From Folioceros fuciformis (lineage: Eukaryota), in the NCBI GenBank assembly GCA_049999805.1, contig JBNGIO010006380.1, positions 614,735-670,502 on the forward strand: DNA of 55,768 bases. Direction: 5' to 3'. The notes beneath the pieces are model-generated. The model was not told where the DNA came from. It saw only the letters and a list, made by a program, of their open reading frames with translations, and did not search any database. Shown here piece after piece: positions 43,986 through 55,768 of the stretch; the first letter of the stretch is position 1; the number at the start of each line of letters is the position of its first letter. The translations under genes were made by a program, and so were the position numbers.

Positions 43986-46223
43986 ATGGCTGCCAGCCCT
44001 GTGCAAATCAAGTTGGCGCTAGCGGTAGCGGTGGCGGACGGGGACGGTGCAGGGGTTGAGCAGGATGTGGTGTGGATGAATGACAAGAGTGATGGTGTGC
44101 CCGCGCAGAGACTGGGAATTGAGGATGGGTTCATGCGTGTGTCAGGAGCCGGGGTTCGGTGTCGAGGACTGTCATCGAAGGAGAGGCAGGAGCTGCTATG
44201 GCAGACCTTCTTCTGGGATCCGGCTCAGTGGTGGGACAACAGGAAGGAAAAGAGAAGTCCCCGCCATCCGGATTTCCGGCACAAGGGATCGAAGAAGGCT
44301 TTGTGGGTAAACAATCGTCACAAGCCTGGCTGGCTGGATTCGCAGCTGGCCATTTGGGATGGGACAGCCTCCGGCTCGGGATCCGGGACGGCAGCTGCCC
44401 GTGAAGGGGGTATGCTGTCTGGAGACGCATGCGGGGGGCTTGCTGAGGTTGTGGATGCCGTGAATGTCTTGGTGCGGCGAGGGTCTCATGTGGACAGTTC
44501 TCTTCTCTATGCTGTGGTTAAGCGGTGCTCAGATGACAAGGATTTGGTCCTTGGTAGGCGTGTTCATGACCTAATTCTGCGGAGTGGGAATGGGGAAGAC
44601 CCGTTTCTGGCGAGCCATATGATTCGCATCTATGCTTCTCATGCCATGTTGGAGGAAGCGAGGCAGGTGTTTGACAGCCTGGGTGTAGCGCTAGCGAATT
44701 CATTTGTGTGGGCTTCCATCATCAAGGCGCATGCGGACCATGGGCAGCCGGCTCGGGCTGTCCGCCTGTACAGACAGATGAGATGTTCGGCTGTGAAGCC
44801 CAACGAATATGTGTTCGTGGCAGTGCTGAAGGCATGTGCTGCTGCAGCTGATCTGGTCTCCGGCAAGGAGGTACATGCTGACATCATGGGGAGTGTGGAT
44901 TGCCCTGACAAGTTTGTAGGGAGCTGCCTGATAGACATGTATGCCAAGTGCGGGAGCCTGGAGGACGCTCGCAGCGTTTTTGACAGCATGGCCACGAAAG
45001 ACGTGGTCGCATGGACTGCCCTGATTTCAGGGTACGTGCAGCATGAGCTTGGTCCAGAAGCCCTCAAACTCTACAGAAACATGCAGCAGGAGGGCCTTGA
45101 GGCAGCTGATCGTGCTACCTTTATTTGCCTCTTGAAGGCCTGTGGGAGTGTCGCAGCTTTGCATCAAGGGAAGCAGCTACATTGTTTGGTCGAGAGAAAT
45201 GGACTGGACGCTGATATACTAGTTGGTAGCTGCTTGGTCGATATGTATGCAAAATGTGGGAGCCTCGAGGATGCTCGTGGAGTGTTTGCCAAATTGGCAA
45301 CTAGAGATGTGGTGGCATGGACTGCTTTGCTCAATGGCTATGCCAAACATGGTGACGGGAAGGCAGCAATACTGTGCTTTGAAGAGATGTTGCACCAAGG
45401 TGTGGAGCCGAACGCTGCGACCTTCGTTTCTCTGCTGGTGGCGTGTTGCCACGAAGGCTTGGTGAAGGAGGGGCAGAGGTATTTCAAGATGATGGTGGAG
45501 GAGCAGGGCATTCCACCCACAGATTCTCACTACAACTGCATGGTTGATCTTCTGGGGCGGTCAGGCCATCTGGACGAGGCAGAAAGTATGCTGCGGACCA
45601 TGCCTTTTGAGAGCGAGTTCGTCGGATGGACATCCTTGCTAGGTTCTTGTAAAAGCTACAGTGACATAGAGCGGGGAAGGCGATGTTTTGATCGTCTGAC
45701 AGCATTGGAACCAGAAAACGCAGCACCCTACGTAGTCTTGGGGAGCCTGTATGCCAAAGCTGGCAGGTGGAAGGATGTAGATACGATTGAGATGCTGAGA
45801 AAGTCAGCAGCTGCTTGGAAGAAGCCTGCCAAGGCGTGCATCGAAGTGAAGGATGAAGTGCACGAGTTCACAGTGGGAGAAGAGAGGCCTGATATCTCAT
45901 CAGAGTTAAGGAGCATGAACTCTCGTGTGAAGGACGAAGGGGGTCATGTTCCGCAAACAGACGTGGTGCTGAGGGCCATGTCCGACAGTGACAAGGAAGA
46001 CGCACTATGTGGACATGCCGAGAAACTGGCCTTAGCTTATGGTTTGATGAACACTCCCGGTGGCACAGCTTTGGTAATAACCAAGAACCTTCGGATGTGC
46101 AACGACTGCCACAGCAGCACGAAGATCCTGTCACGCCTGGAGAACCGAGATATCGTCGTAAGAGATGCGCACCGTGTGCATCAGTTCTCGGACGGGTCTT
46201 GTTCTTGTGGGGATCGTCACTAA
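43986..46223 (+). CDS. PLS-class PPR-E1-E2-DYW:KP (DRH-ending) RNA editing factor with an N-terminal OSB-type PDF motif, intronless
   Basis: About 11 L/S/P repeats (e.g. LIDMYAKCGSLEDARSVFD, VVAWTALISGY), E1/E2, then KKPAKACIEV, HAEKLA, KNLRMCNDCH and SCSCGDRH*. PDF motif WWDNRKEKRSPRHPDFRHKGSKKALW at ~44187-44348. The ORF is open from 43953 and the first in-frame ATG is 43986. Confidence 0.95.
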   Translation: MAASPVQIKLALAVAVADGDGAGVEQDVVWMNDKSDGVPAQRLGIEDGFMRVSGAGVRCRGLSSKERQELLWQTFFWDPAQWWDNRKEKRSPRHPDFRHKGSKKALWVNNRHKPGWLDSQLAIWDGTASGSGSGTAAAREGGMLSGDACGGLAEVVDAVNVLVRRGSHVDSSLLYAVVKRCSDDKDLVLGRRVHDLILRSGNGEDPFLASHMIRIYASHAMLEEARQVFDSLGVALANSFVWASIIKAHADHGQPARAVRLYRQMRCSAVKPNEYVFVAVLKACAAAADLVSGKEVHADIMGSVDCPDKFVGSCLIDMYAKCGSLEDARSVFDSMATKDVVAWTALISGYVQHELGPEALKLYRNMQQEGLEAADRATFICLLKACGSVAALHQGKQLHCLVERNGLDADILVGSCLVDMYAKCGSLEDARGVFAKLATRDVVAWTALLNGYAKHGDGKAAILCFEEMLHQGVEPNAATFVSLLVACCHEGLVKEGQRYFKMMVEEQGIPPTDSHYNCMVDLLGRSGHLDEAESMLRTMPFESEFVGWTSLLGSCKSYSDIERGRRCFDRLTALEPENAAPYVVLGSLYAKAGRWKDVDTIEMLRKSAAAWKKPAKACIEVKDEVHEFTVGEERPDISSELRSMNSRVKDEGGHVPQTDVVLRAMSDSDKEDALCGHAEKLALAYGLMNTPGGTALVITKNLRMCNDCHSSTKILSRLENRDIVVRDAHRVHQFSDGSCSCGDRH

Positions 46224-47484
46224 AGACAGGACGGAGGCTACAAGGCTATCTGAAACGGCATTCCAATCGTGATTAGTGAGTGGGCATGAGACAGGGAAAA
46301 CTCCTGGATCCCTATCTCGTGAGTGGGCATATCCATTTTGCAGTGGACGCACGAATGTCAGTTCCGGTAGCCTTGTAACCTCCGTCCTGACTTTATTCCC
46401 GATCCTAGCACGAACAGAAGCCGTTGGCCATCCACAGTGGGTTCTGGTTTTCTTGTTGCCGCCGTTGTGGGGGATCCAATCCCGATCCCCTCAGAACAGT
46501 ACCCGTCTCAGATAGCCCCTCACAGAGATCGGCAATAGGCACTTCTCCACAACGGCATCCGGTCAGTGAGACGTTCAGTTCAATCAAGGCGCTTGCGGAT
46601 GATTCCAGGTTACAAGATGGCGGCAGATGGTACCCGGGTACGGAATGCCAGCAGGAATGGGAGTCCTTGAGAAATTGCAACAAGCTCGGCTACCGTTGCT
46701 CAGAAGCCTTTCCAAGCCTTCCCCTTACAGCCCGCCATCAAGGTGAGCCCTGTGCCAACGAAAGCCACCACCAAAAGCAGCGGTCCCCTACACTGAAGCC
46801 CCTTTACGGTCTTCACCGTTTTTCTTAGAAGCAAAAAATGAACGGAGACCCACTTGAGAGGCTTAAGACCACCACTGTAAAATGAAGGTCCAAATGGAAG
46901 ATGTAGAAGATAATGTGAGGAAGGTGTAGTATCCTGGTTTCGTGCGCAGACCTTGCTTCAAAGGTTTCACACGGAGGGTAACATCAAAAGTGGCTGAACA
47001 ACAAAATTAAGGCCCAAAGCTTCATCAAGTAATAAAATGATGAAAATGAGATGATTAGTTGATTCCATAGACCTAAGTAAGATTTAGGGTTTAGAGTTCT
47101 CCTAAATCCTATTCATGAATGATAGACAAATGGATGGATAAGGACAATTTTAACACGAAACAAAGAGTCATAGGGTATGATAATACATCTGAAAATAGAA
47201 AAACAATAAAAAAGATCGAAGGCTTTACTATTAAAAAAAAAGTTGATGGAAACCCACGTATGGAGAGTATATGTATCCAGCCAGACCTAGCCTCCTAGGA
47301 GTGGGTATGTAAATAAAAAGGAAAGAAGGGCGAAGCGTGATGTGGGACAAGGACTCGGAGGGAGAGACCGTTGACTGCGTGGTGCGAGTATCGTATCCGA
47401 GAACGGCGACGTGGAGAAGAAACACATGAAGACAAGAAAAGTATTGGCCTTGAGGTGCTGCCTCTTATTGCGTTATCCAGCAGT

Positions 47485-50400
47485 ATGGATGCTGTGTTTG
47501 CCGCGGCTCTTGAGGAAATAGCGCTGGAAGGATTACCAGGTCTGCCATTTGGTTGCTGCTTGTGAAAGTTGAAGCAAAATTTGTGTGGAAGCTCAAGGTG
47601 CCGCCGGGCCGGCTGCAGGCTGCCCGTTGCCCAAGTTATGGGGTCTGTTGCAAGGTGTCGCTGTGAACTCGGAGTTTCCGCTGAACGGGGATGGCAAGCA
47701 AGTGGTGTGGCAGGCCTTGGTCAATGTGCCTGGTCTGGTTCTGCTCCGCCCCGGGCCCAAGCTGGGGGGGAAAGAGTGTCCGCAGCCAGATGCCGTTCCG
47801 GCATCGGATGCGGCTTTCCAGAATGTCGAGGAGGTGGAAAGGCTGGGTTTGCTGGTTCAGGCACCTGCGACCCTGCGTGATGCTTGCTTGGGAGTGTATG
47901 ACCTGAGGCAATCCGACTCCCAAATCTCCGACATCCAGCGCGGGGTTTTGGAACGGCTGGCGAAAGCAAGGTCGGTTCCGTTTGCAGTACGCTCGGGCGA
48001 CTGAGGGGGATGTCATGGGAGGATCAGGTCTGTTCGTCGCGTCTTGTGTTCTGCTGCCGGGACTCATGAGAGGATGTGGCCCTGCAGGTATGATGGTGTC
48101 ACACAGAATGTGATCGCCAAAGAGTTCAATAGAGATAATAATGCCATGTTCTACGTCCTGAAGAGCCTGGAAATGAGAGGCTTGCTGGTTAGGCAATCTA
48201 CAATTGTTCGGAACAAGGACGTCCAGCCAAACAGACATGGTTCTATCGTTGCAACCAACTTGGTCCACCTCACGCGGTTTGCGAAGAACGTCACCCTAGC
48301 TTCTCACCAGCGGTTTGAGATCTTGAAGCCGTCTAGCAGGCACGAGCAAGGAACGGATGGTGGATCTGAAGCCGTAGCTGGAGAGGAGAGCATGATTTCA
48401 CAGACTTGTATTGTGAATGATGATTTTCCGGCTATGAAAAATATCTGTGAGAAGCTTGAGGCAGCGGCTGAGAAGGTAGTAGCCTTTCGCTTTTCCCTGT
48501 ACGTTCGGTCGGCTTCTGTGTCTACTGCATAATTGGGAGGATGTGGAGTGATCGCATGCCGCGCGAAATCTCACCTGACGGACTCTGGTGCTTTTGAAGG
48601 TCCTTGTTGTATCAGACTTGAAGCTTTCGCTGGGCTATCGACTTGCTGCAGGACATCGGACATGGCGGAGGGTATGTTCCGCTGAGTTCTGAGGGGTTGT
48701 CGGAGTTGGCCATGGCAAGTTCTAGATGACGTAGGGGTTTCCGCTTGGAGGGTTGCCCTCTGAAATGAGCTTGTGATGCTTGTCCTCCACAGCTTGTCAA
48801 GAGGCTTCAAGATGCTGGATTGGTCGAGTCCTTCAATGCTCAAATTGACGGGAAGGTGAGGTGCTTCAGTCCCAGTTGGGGTTGGTATGGCTTGTTCGGA
48901 ATAGGGGGATTTGTAACAGAAATGATTTCCCGGTATCTGAGTAAGTGACAGCCACGCGCCTGGATGGTCTGCCCAACTCATGTGAATGTCCTGGTAACTT
49001 ATGCAGGTTGTAGCCTGCCTGAAGTTATTGAAAGCTTTCGACGCAAAATCCTTTTATGCCAGCAACGAAGAAGTTGACACCGATGCTGTGGGGCCTGGCA
49101 AGCGAGGGCAAGTCACAGAGCAGCTAGCAGAGCTTCCAATAGACCATCAGATTTACGACTTGATAAAAAATTCAGGTTCAGAGGGTCTGCATTTGGCGGA
49201 GGTGAGTAGCGTGATGAATTGTTTTGCTACCATGCTACTTCTCACGTTCATCCCTCCACTACTTTGGTGGATGATCAACCTGGGCATTCCTTATTGCTCG
49301 TTTTACAGGCCTGTAAGTTGTATTAAGAGTCCTTTTGATTTGCCAGGCTCTGAAACGTCTTGGTCTCCGTAATAAAAGAAACTACTACCGAGTGACAACT
49401 ATGCTAGCAAAGCAAGTGGTAGTGACTGAAGCCGAGACTGTCAGGAAGACCACTTTGTATAGACTACGAACACCTGAGCATGCTTTTGATTCCACAGATC
49501 CCACGTCTCAAGGCGCAAGCACCTCGTTGCCTCATGGTCGTGCACAGAAGTTTCCTGCACCTTCACAAGAGGGGGCTTCAGGAAAACCTGTGGATTCGGA
49601 AAATCACACTTCGCAGTTAAAGGGTGACACACGTCCTGGACTACCGGCAGAAAGGCAGCGGGCAGTTCGGGCAGCGGTCCTGACCTCGCCTAATGGAGAT
49701 CTGCAGGATGGGCGCCTTCACGAGCAGAAGCCGGCAAAACGTAGAAGACTGGCTGAAGGCATTGATGCGGGTTCTGTAAACAAAAACATTGTTGTTACAA
49801 GCAAGACGAATGCTCAAAGAGAGTTGCGCATACTAAAACGGCTTAAGGTACTTGTGTCTCTTGAAGTTTGTGGGGTTTGTGGACTTGACTTGGTGTGTGC
49901 TAGTAGTATCAGCAGGATTCATTCACAGCTGATGCTCAGTAGCGATAGCTGGCTGGTGTTCTACACTTCAGAACTGAAACATGCAGTGAACTCACATGTG
50001 AACCAATATTAGGCGGAGGGCTACATTCTGCGGGTTGAGTTACACAGGTGGCTTGAGGATATTGAGGACCGCAATGGGACAGTGATGGATAGGAAAACAC
50101 TGGGTCGTCTCCTGCACAGGTTGGAATCCAGGGGTGCTTGCAAAAGCATGAAGTTGAGCATGCCTGGGTTAACAAACTGTGGTCGCAAGCGGGAATCTGA
50201 AGTGATAATTAGTCCAGACATTGAAGTGACATCAGATTTAGTCAAGCAGTTCCATCTATCTGTGAGAAAATTTGATGCTGAATCGAGAGGACAGGGTATA
50301 TGTCGCACAAAAAACTTAACTGGGGTACCTGTCCTCACTGGTGTGGTAACGAGGATGAATCAGCAAAAGAAGCCACCTTTGATGGGGGTTGATCCACTGC

Positions 50401-53400
50401 AGGGGAGGTCTCTTAAGGATAATGGATTCATCCCGGCAAAGATGGTTCGTGTTCGCATGCTGCACTACTTCTTGTGGACTTATGTCAACAGGTGTAGTGA
50501 GACCAAAGACGATCTGCTTTTGGAAAAGGAAGAGGCCAATGGTGATTCCCCAGCCAATTGCAATCTGCCCGACAAGTGCAATACATTTGTTCTATCTGCT
50601 GCAGTTGCAGCAATGCCACTGGAGCTTTACTTGCAAATAATTGGTTCAACTCAGAATGTTGAGAGACTGCCTGAACGCTGCAAACAAGGAATGCGGATGT
50701 CTGACATTTCTAGTGAGGAGCTCAATGCAATTGTGGAGCGCACGTCAGGGGCAAGACTTTCTTGGCTGGTGGATATATTGTGTCGGTTGCAGGTGAAAGC
50801 ATCAACTGGATTACCACTGTTGTCATTTGTCTGCGCTAGATCTGTTTGGGGTCCACAAGACTCACAACAAGTTGCTTTCCTGGCATGATGGATCTCTGTG
50901 ATGTGCAGTTGGTTCAATTGAAGATGGGTAAAGGGCAGATTTCATGTAAGCATGGGCCCTTGGGTACAACATCAACTTCTTTGTCGTATGCACTCGAGCT
51001 AAAACCGTGGATTGAAGAGCCTGCAACACAGGCACTCCCTACATTCAGTAGTGATGTATTTTCCATGGAACGACATGACTTTGTTTTGTCAAAGAAGGAG
51101 GATTTAGATGTGTATTGGCAGACACTTGAATACGTCTGTTCTGGAGCTGATCCTGGAACGGGCAGGAGAGCATTTCCGGGGTCCAAAGTTCCAGAGGTAA
51201 GGGAATCTGGTTGTTCTGTTGTGTTGACGACTGCACTGCATCGTAGAGCTTGTGTACAGTCGAGTTTTGCAGTGTAGTTGCTGGTACTACAGCCGTTCCC
51301 TATGTCCTGGTGGGATGAGCTGTGCTGTCTGCCACCTTGTATTGGAGACCTTTCTGGTTGGCCAAAAGCATCTTAACTCCCTCTGTGTTCCTGCTTTTTG
51401 GAATGTTCTTGAGGTGGGAATATTGGACTTTTGGATGGGCAGCGAATTGCAAGCAACATAGCTTTGTTCTAAGAGGTTTGCAATGGTTCTTGAAGTTATT
51501 TTGCGTACGATCCTGGACTTCAATACGAATAATGAGCATAGAGCAACGGAGAGAACTCTTCGAGCGAATTGGTGCTGGTGGTCCTGAAACGCGAAAGTCA
51601 GCAGATGAATGTGCAAAGATTGCCAGGGATCTGAATTTGACTGTGGAACAGGTATTTGCTTTCTGTAACCGACAACTGCGTGGGATTTTAACTCCTCCCA
51701 CTTCTCACTACCATTCAGCATCTAGTGATTCTTTACTATTCCTTGGTTTTTACTGGTGGTTGTTTCGCTGGAATAGTTCCATCACGATTTGGTACTTTGT
51801 ATTACGCAGGTCCTTAGGGTCTCTTACGAAAAGAACAGAAAGGTCCGGTTACAGGCCTTGGCGCAAGCAGCAGCAGAGAGTGGAACCTTGCCCGAGGCTA
51901 GTTTGAGCGAGGATGGCAAGGTTCTGCCTAGGAAGCGAGCTGGCATAGAATCAGCAGTGTCTGAACCGGCACATGTTCGGGCATTTAAGAGGCAGCGTCG
52001 ACTTCTTCTTGATGCTTCAACTGTTACTTCCCCTGCTGCTGCATCTCAGTCTGACAGCAAGCAGGCAGCTGCACGAAATGTCGAGGAGGGGAACCAACTG
52101 TCTCAGGAGGAAGAGGAGGAAGAAGAGGAGGAGGATGATGTCTGTGGCCAGGGGGAAGCGCCTGGCAGTTGTGTAGCTTTCTTGAGACCTTCACGCTCAA
52201 GAAGATTTCCATGGTCGGACAGGCTGGACAGGTGAGCTGTGCTTCGAGTAGTTTGTGGAACATTGGAAGGACCCCTACTGAGGTGCCAACTGATCTCTGG
52301 TACATTTCTGTTTGCTTCTTGCAGAATTTTGATAGCTTGCTATTGCAAGCAGCGTGCTATACTGGGAGCTCGGCACCATCGTGTTGATTGGAGTAAAGTA
52401 CCCGGCCTTCCTGCGAAACCCACATTATGCCGCAGAAGAATGGCACTTTTGCGAACAGATGCAACTGTACGGTCTGCTATTTCCAACCTTTGTTCATTGC
52501 TCTCTGCAAGATATTTGGAGTCCCTTGAGGTATCTAGAGCTGGAGAGGGTCAGAGAGAGGCTCAACATTTAAGGAGACCCATTACTGGCTCTAAAAGTCT
52601 TGGTTTGGTTTTAAGTTCGGAACCTGCCACTTCACGTTTGGAAGGAGCAGAACTGGAGGAAGATGGCAGTACACAAGTATCTAGTTGTTCAAGTCTTGCT
52701 GGAACTAAGCAGGGGCAGTTCTCAACTTGGGACAACTTGGAAGATCTGCCAGTCTTGCGAGGGCTTGAGGAGGTCATGAGATGCAAGATTGAGGCACGAG
52801 CTAGGAGGCTTAGTGGTGCAATTGGACGGGGGGCATCAAAGAACAAGTTGGGAATGTTACAAAGAGAATCATCTCAGAAGCACAGCTTAGAAAACTCTGA
52901 TGTGGATGCTCCACATATCCAGGCTCCTGCATCATCTTTCAAACCCCGCTGTCCATCAAAGATTGACAACACTGCTTTGAGTGTATGTGCCCGCCCTGGA
53001 ACTGGAACTGGAACGCGTGCTGTTCGCTCACGGGCCCGACCCAGACCAGTGTTGAAGCCTTTACTATCCCTGCCGAGTACTGATGAGATAGTTCGAAGCT
53101 CCCTTAAAGTGGCCAATTGTATTGAACTTCTCAAGCTAATTCTGCTCAATGCTGGTGCAATGGATCGAGACCCTTTGGTTGATGCTCTGAAGAGATATAA
53201 GCATGGAGATGTATTAACAGCTTTCACTTTTTTACGATATCATGAACTTGTGGTAGGTACACCTGCATGTCTCTTGTTTTGCCGTTCAGGTTGCTGAACT
53301 TTTAAAGTTTAAAGGGAATGACATTGTCCCGTGGGTTTTGGTCGAGATCTGGACAAGAGGGGATCTTATACTTTCTGTGCGTGATAACAGGATGTGGCTC

Positions 53401-55551
53401 ATGACAAGAAGCAATTTATTCTCTCTCCAAAATTTCATCATAGCTGTTCGGCTTCACAGTTTCCATCTGGTACAGGCGAGGAGTCTCTCAGTACTGAAGC
53501 CTGGCTGAAGGAGCATGGTAGAGCACTTCAATCGGAGTGGGTCACATTATCCCCTGAACAGACGTGTGGCCAACTTTTACAGCTTTTTGGTCTGGTAGCA
53601 GGAGGACAGTTTGTTTTGGCTCCTTTCTTGCCAGATGAAGGCATTGGTGAGAGTGAAGAGTACACGAACATGGTTGCTGGCACTAAAAGAAAAGCAGATT
53701 CAGATGGTGAACACTGCTCCACAAAATCTAGGATTCAGCAACATGAATCACATTGTCTCAATTTGCGACGAGAGAGAGGCTATCCGGGGATCACAGTTTC
53801 GATCCATCGAGCTTCTTCAGTACATTTACATGAAATGATAGTGAGGGATGTAGGGAATGGAACTAGCGACCCTGTAAAGAACATGGACAGCCAGGACTTG
53901 CAGGGGGACTCCAGGTCAGATAAGAATATCTCACAAGAGTGGTGTGAACGTTCAGTCCCAGTTCTGCCAGAGTCAATACCCAGTGGTGCCCAAAGCATGG
54001 ACAGTAGCCAGAGTCTGCTGGACAAATGTATCGACCGCTGGTGCTCAGGTTTTAATGGAGCCTATCAAACAGGAGCTTCCTCTTTGGACCCGTTTATGAT
54101 AAAAGCCGTCTTTCGTGCAATTGAGCACGCAAGTGATGAAGGTTTGAGCATGGATCAGTTGCTGCTTGTCATTAAGCCGAAAGGTACGACGATCGTTCTC
54201 TGCTTGCACGCACAGACCGTCGGAGTTCCAAAAGACTAAGATTTAATTATTTAGAGTGAATTTTGCAGGTGGCTATCCTGATGACACTGTGACCATGGAG
54301 CACGCTGTGGCGTATGTGGAAGCTTTGTCCAGTTTCGAGTTGGTGCAAAAAGTGAGGAACTATTGCATTCAGAAAATGGTTGCCAGTCATAAGTTCTTTT
54401 GGATAGGCTTTGATTTTTGTTGCTCTAAATTTATCGAGTGTGATGCAGGTGAACGCATTCGATGATGTACGCCTAGTTTCAGCTCAATATGCTCAACAGT
54501 ATATGCTCCATTTTAAGGCTCCACCCGTTGGCGTTCAGGTCGAGGTACCGTGTTATCCAATCGGGGCACTGCTGAACTGGCCGAGGTTTTGGATCTCCTT
54601 GGCACTCATTACTTTGTTTTTATTGAAATTGCAGGTTGATGGATCTAGCTCGATGCCAGAATCTGATACCTCGCAGGAAGGCAATCCCATCTTACCTGCT
54701 TCATCTAGAAACATGCTTGAAGGTCCGGACGGTTGTGCAAATTTGATGCTGATCCGCAACTGTAGGATGAAGACAGAGAATCCGAATTCTGAATTTGGTT
54801 TCTGTGACAGGCGTAAGTACAGTTTCTGTGGGAGAACCAGAGGTAGTAGCAAACTCGTGCACAGGAGTGGAAACAGGAGATCCTTCTACTCGCAAGTCAA
54901 AAGTGATCAAAGACCTGGTCAAGGAGACGACGCAAATTTCCCCCATACGACCATGGCTAACTTCAGATGGCGCATTGAACACAAAGTTTATGAAGGCAAT
55001 GACTCGGAGAGTTATGGGGATTGTTATGCTGAACCCTGGAATAACTGAGGTAGGGTACGGCCCTGGTGGGATGCACCTTGGCTTCCGCTTCAATATGTTT
55101 TGGTTATTTTCTCTCCGGTTGTTGAGTCTATTTGACAACCTTTTCGAACTTTGCAGGATCGACTTGTCGAAAACATGGGGGTGCTCAATCCTCAGGTACA
55201 TGACTAGGAGAACTGGTTGGATGTCAGATACAGTGAGATCGTATGAATGACTTTTCTATTTTGTACTCCTTAATCATGCTTCAGAGTTTGTGCTACCGTT
55301 TCTGCCATTTTAGCCTTCTATACTTATCACCATGGTACTCTTGTGTTCTGCAGAATGCTAAAGACTTTTTGCACAGGCTGGAGGCTGCTGGGCATGTGCA
55401 TCTGAGAACAAGGCTACAGGCTCAGACAGCGTCTCCCCCTCACTTGCTTATGACCTTAATGAGCTCAGTCGTGAAGAAGCCCTTGGAGGCTAATAAGACA
55501 AACCGAGTCAAGCATTATTATCCAAATCCGCTCGATTCGAAGTTGTTATGA
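47485..55551 (+). CDS. TFIIIC B-block-binding subunit (GTF3C1/Tfc3-like), many exons
   Basis: N-terminus MDAVFAAALEEIALEG, VLERLAKAR/YDGVTQ...FYVLKSLEMRGLLVRQ (B-block winged helix), MDRKTLGRLL, NGFIPAKMVRVRMLH, AMPLELYLQIIG, IARDLNLTVEQV, CRRRMALL, PIRPWLTSDG and a C-terminal KHYYPNP. Confidence 0.9.
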
Positions 55552-55768
55552 TTTTTGTACAACAGAAATGAAGATTTCTGTAAGATACGATGGAGGATTC
55601 TTGTACTGTAGACCTCTCTGGCTGAAAAATGCTAGAGTTTTTTCAGACGCTGGAGTCTGCTGTGAGGGGTGAAAGCGACACGGACAGCTGCCCCCTTCTC
55701 GTCCTGCCCCTCCCCCCTCCTCCTTCCACTCTCCCGCCCTTGCTCTTCACTTTGACGTGTCCAGCAGG

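Noticed and set aside
47083-47094. Telomere-like TTTAGGGTTTAG
   Set aside because: Fewer than two units. It could be a telo-box but cannot be distinguished from chance.

Overview
Gene-dense nuclear DNA from a non-seed land plant, with short GT-AG introns and small intergenic spaces. A hornwort is the most likely source, inferred from a DYW:KP PPR protein ending in DRH. In order, the window holds: an F-box pseudogene split by a gag-deleted Ty1/copia element (both LTRs, PBS, PPT and CTGCA target-site duplication are visible); a FRIGIDA-like gene; an intronless multi-pass membrane protein resembling the PHTF/7TM ion-channel superfamily; RBBP5/RBL; a small glyoxalase/VOC gene; SKIP5; an IGHMBP2-like helicase; a BDP1-like gene; an intronless glucan water dikinase; a 50/54-bp minisatellite next to an AT-rich 693-aa orphan ORF; a CBS/SnRK1-gamma-like gene; a BABAM1-like gene; an intronless organellar gyrA; a repeat-rich island (orphan ORF, 50-bp array, flanking direct repeats); a PLS-PPR-E-DYW:KP gene; and the TFIIIC B-block-binding subunit. 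The most notable item is the PPR protein, a candidate U-to-C RNA editing factor carrying an N-terminal OSB-type PDF ssDNA-binding motif. Family assignments come from recalled motifs with no database search, and exon boundaries and mismatch counts were read by eye.
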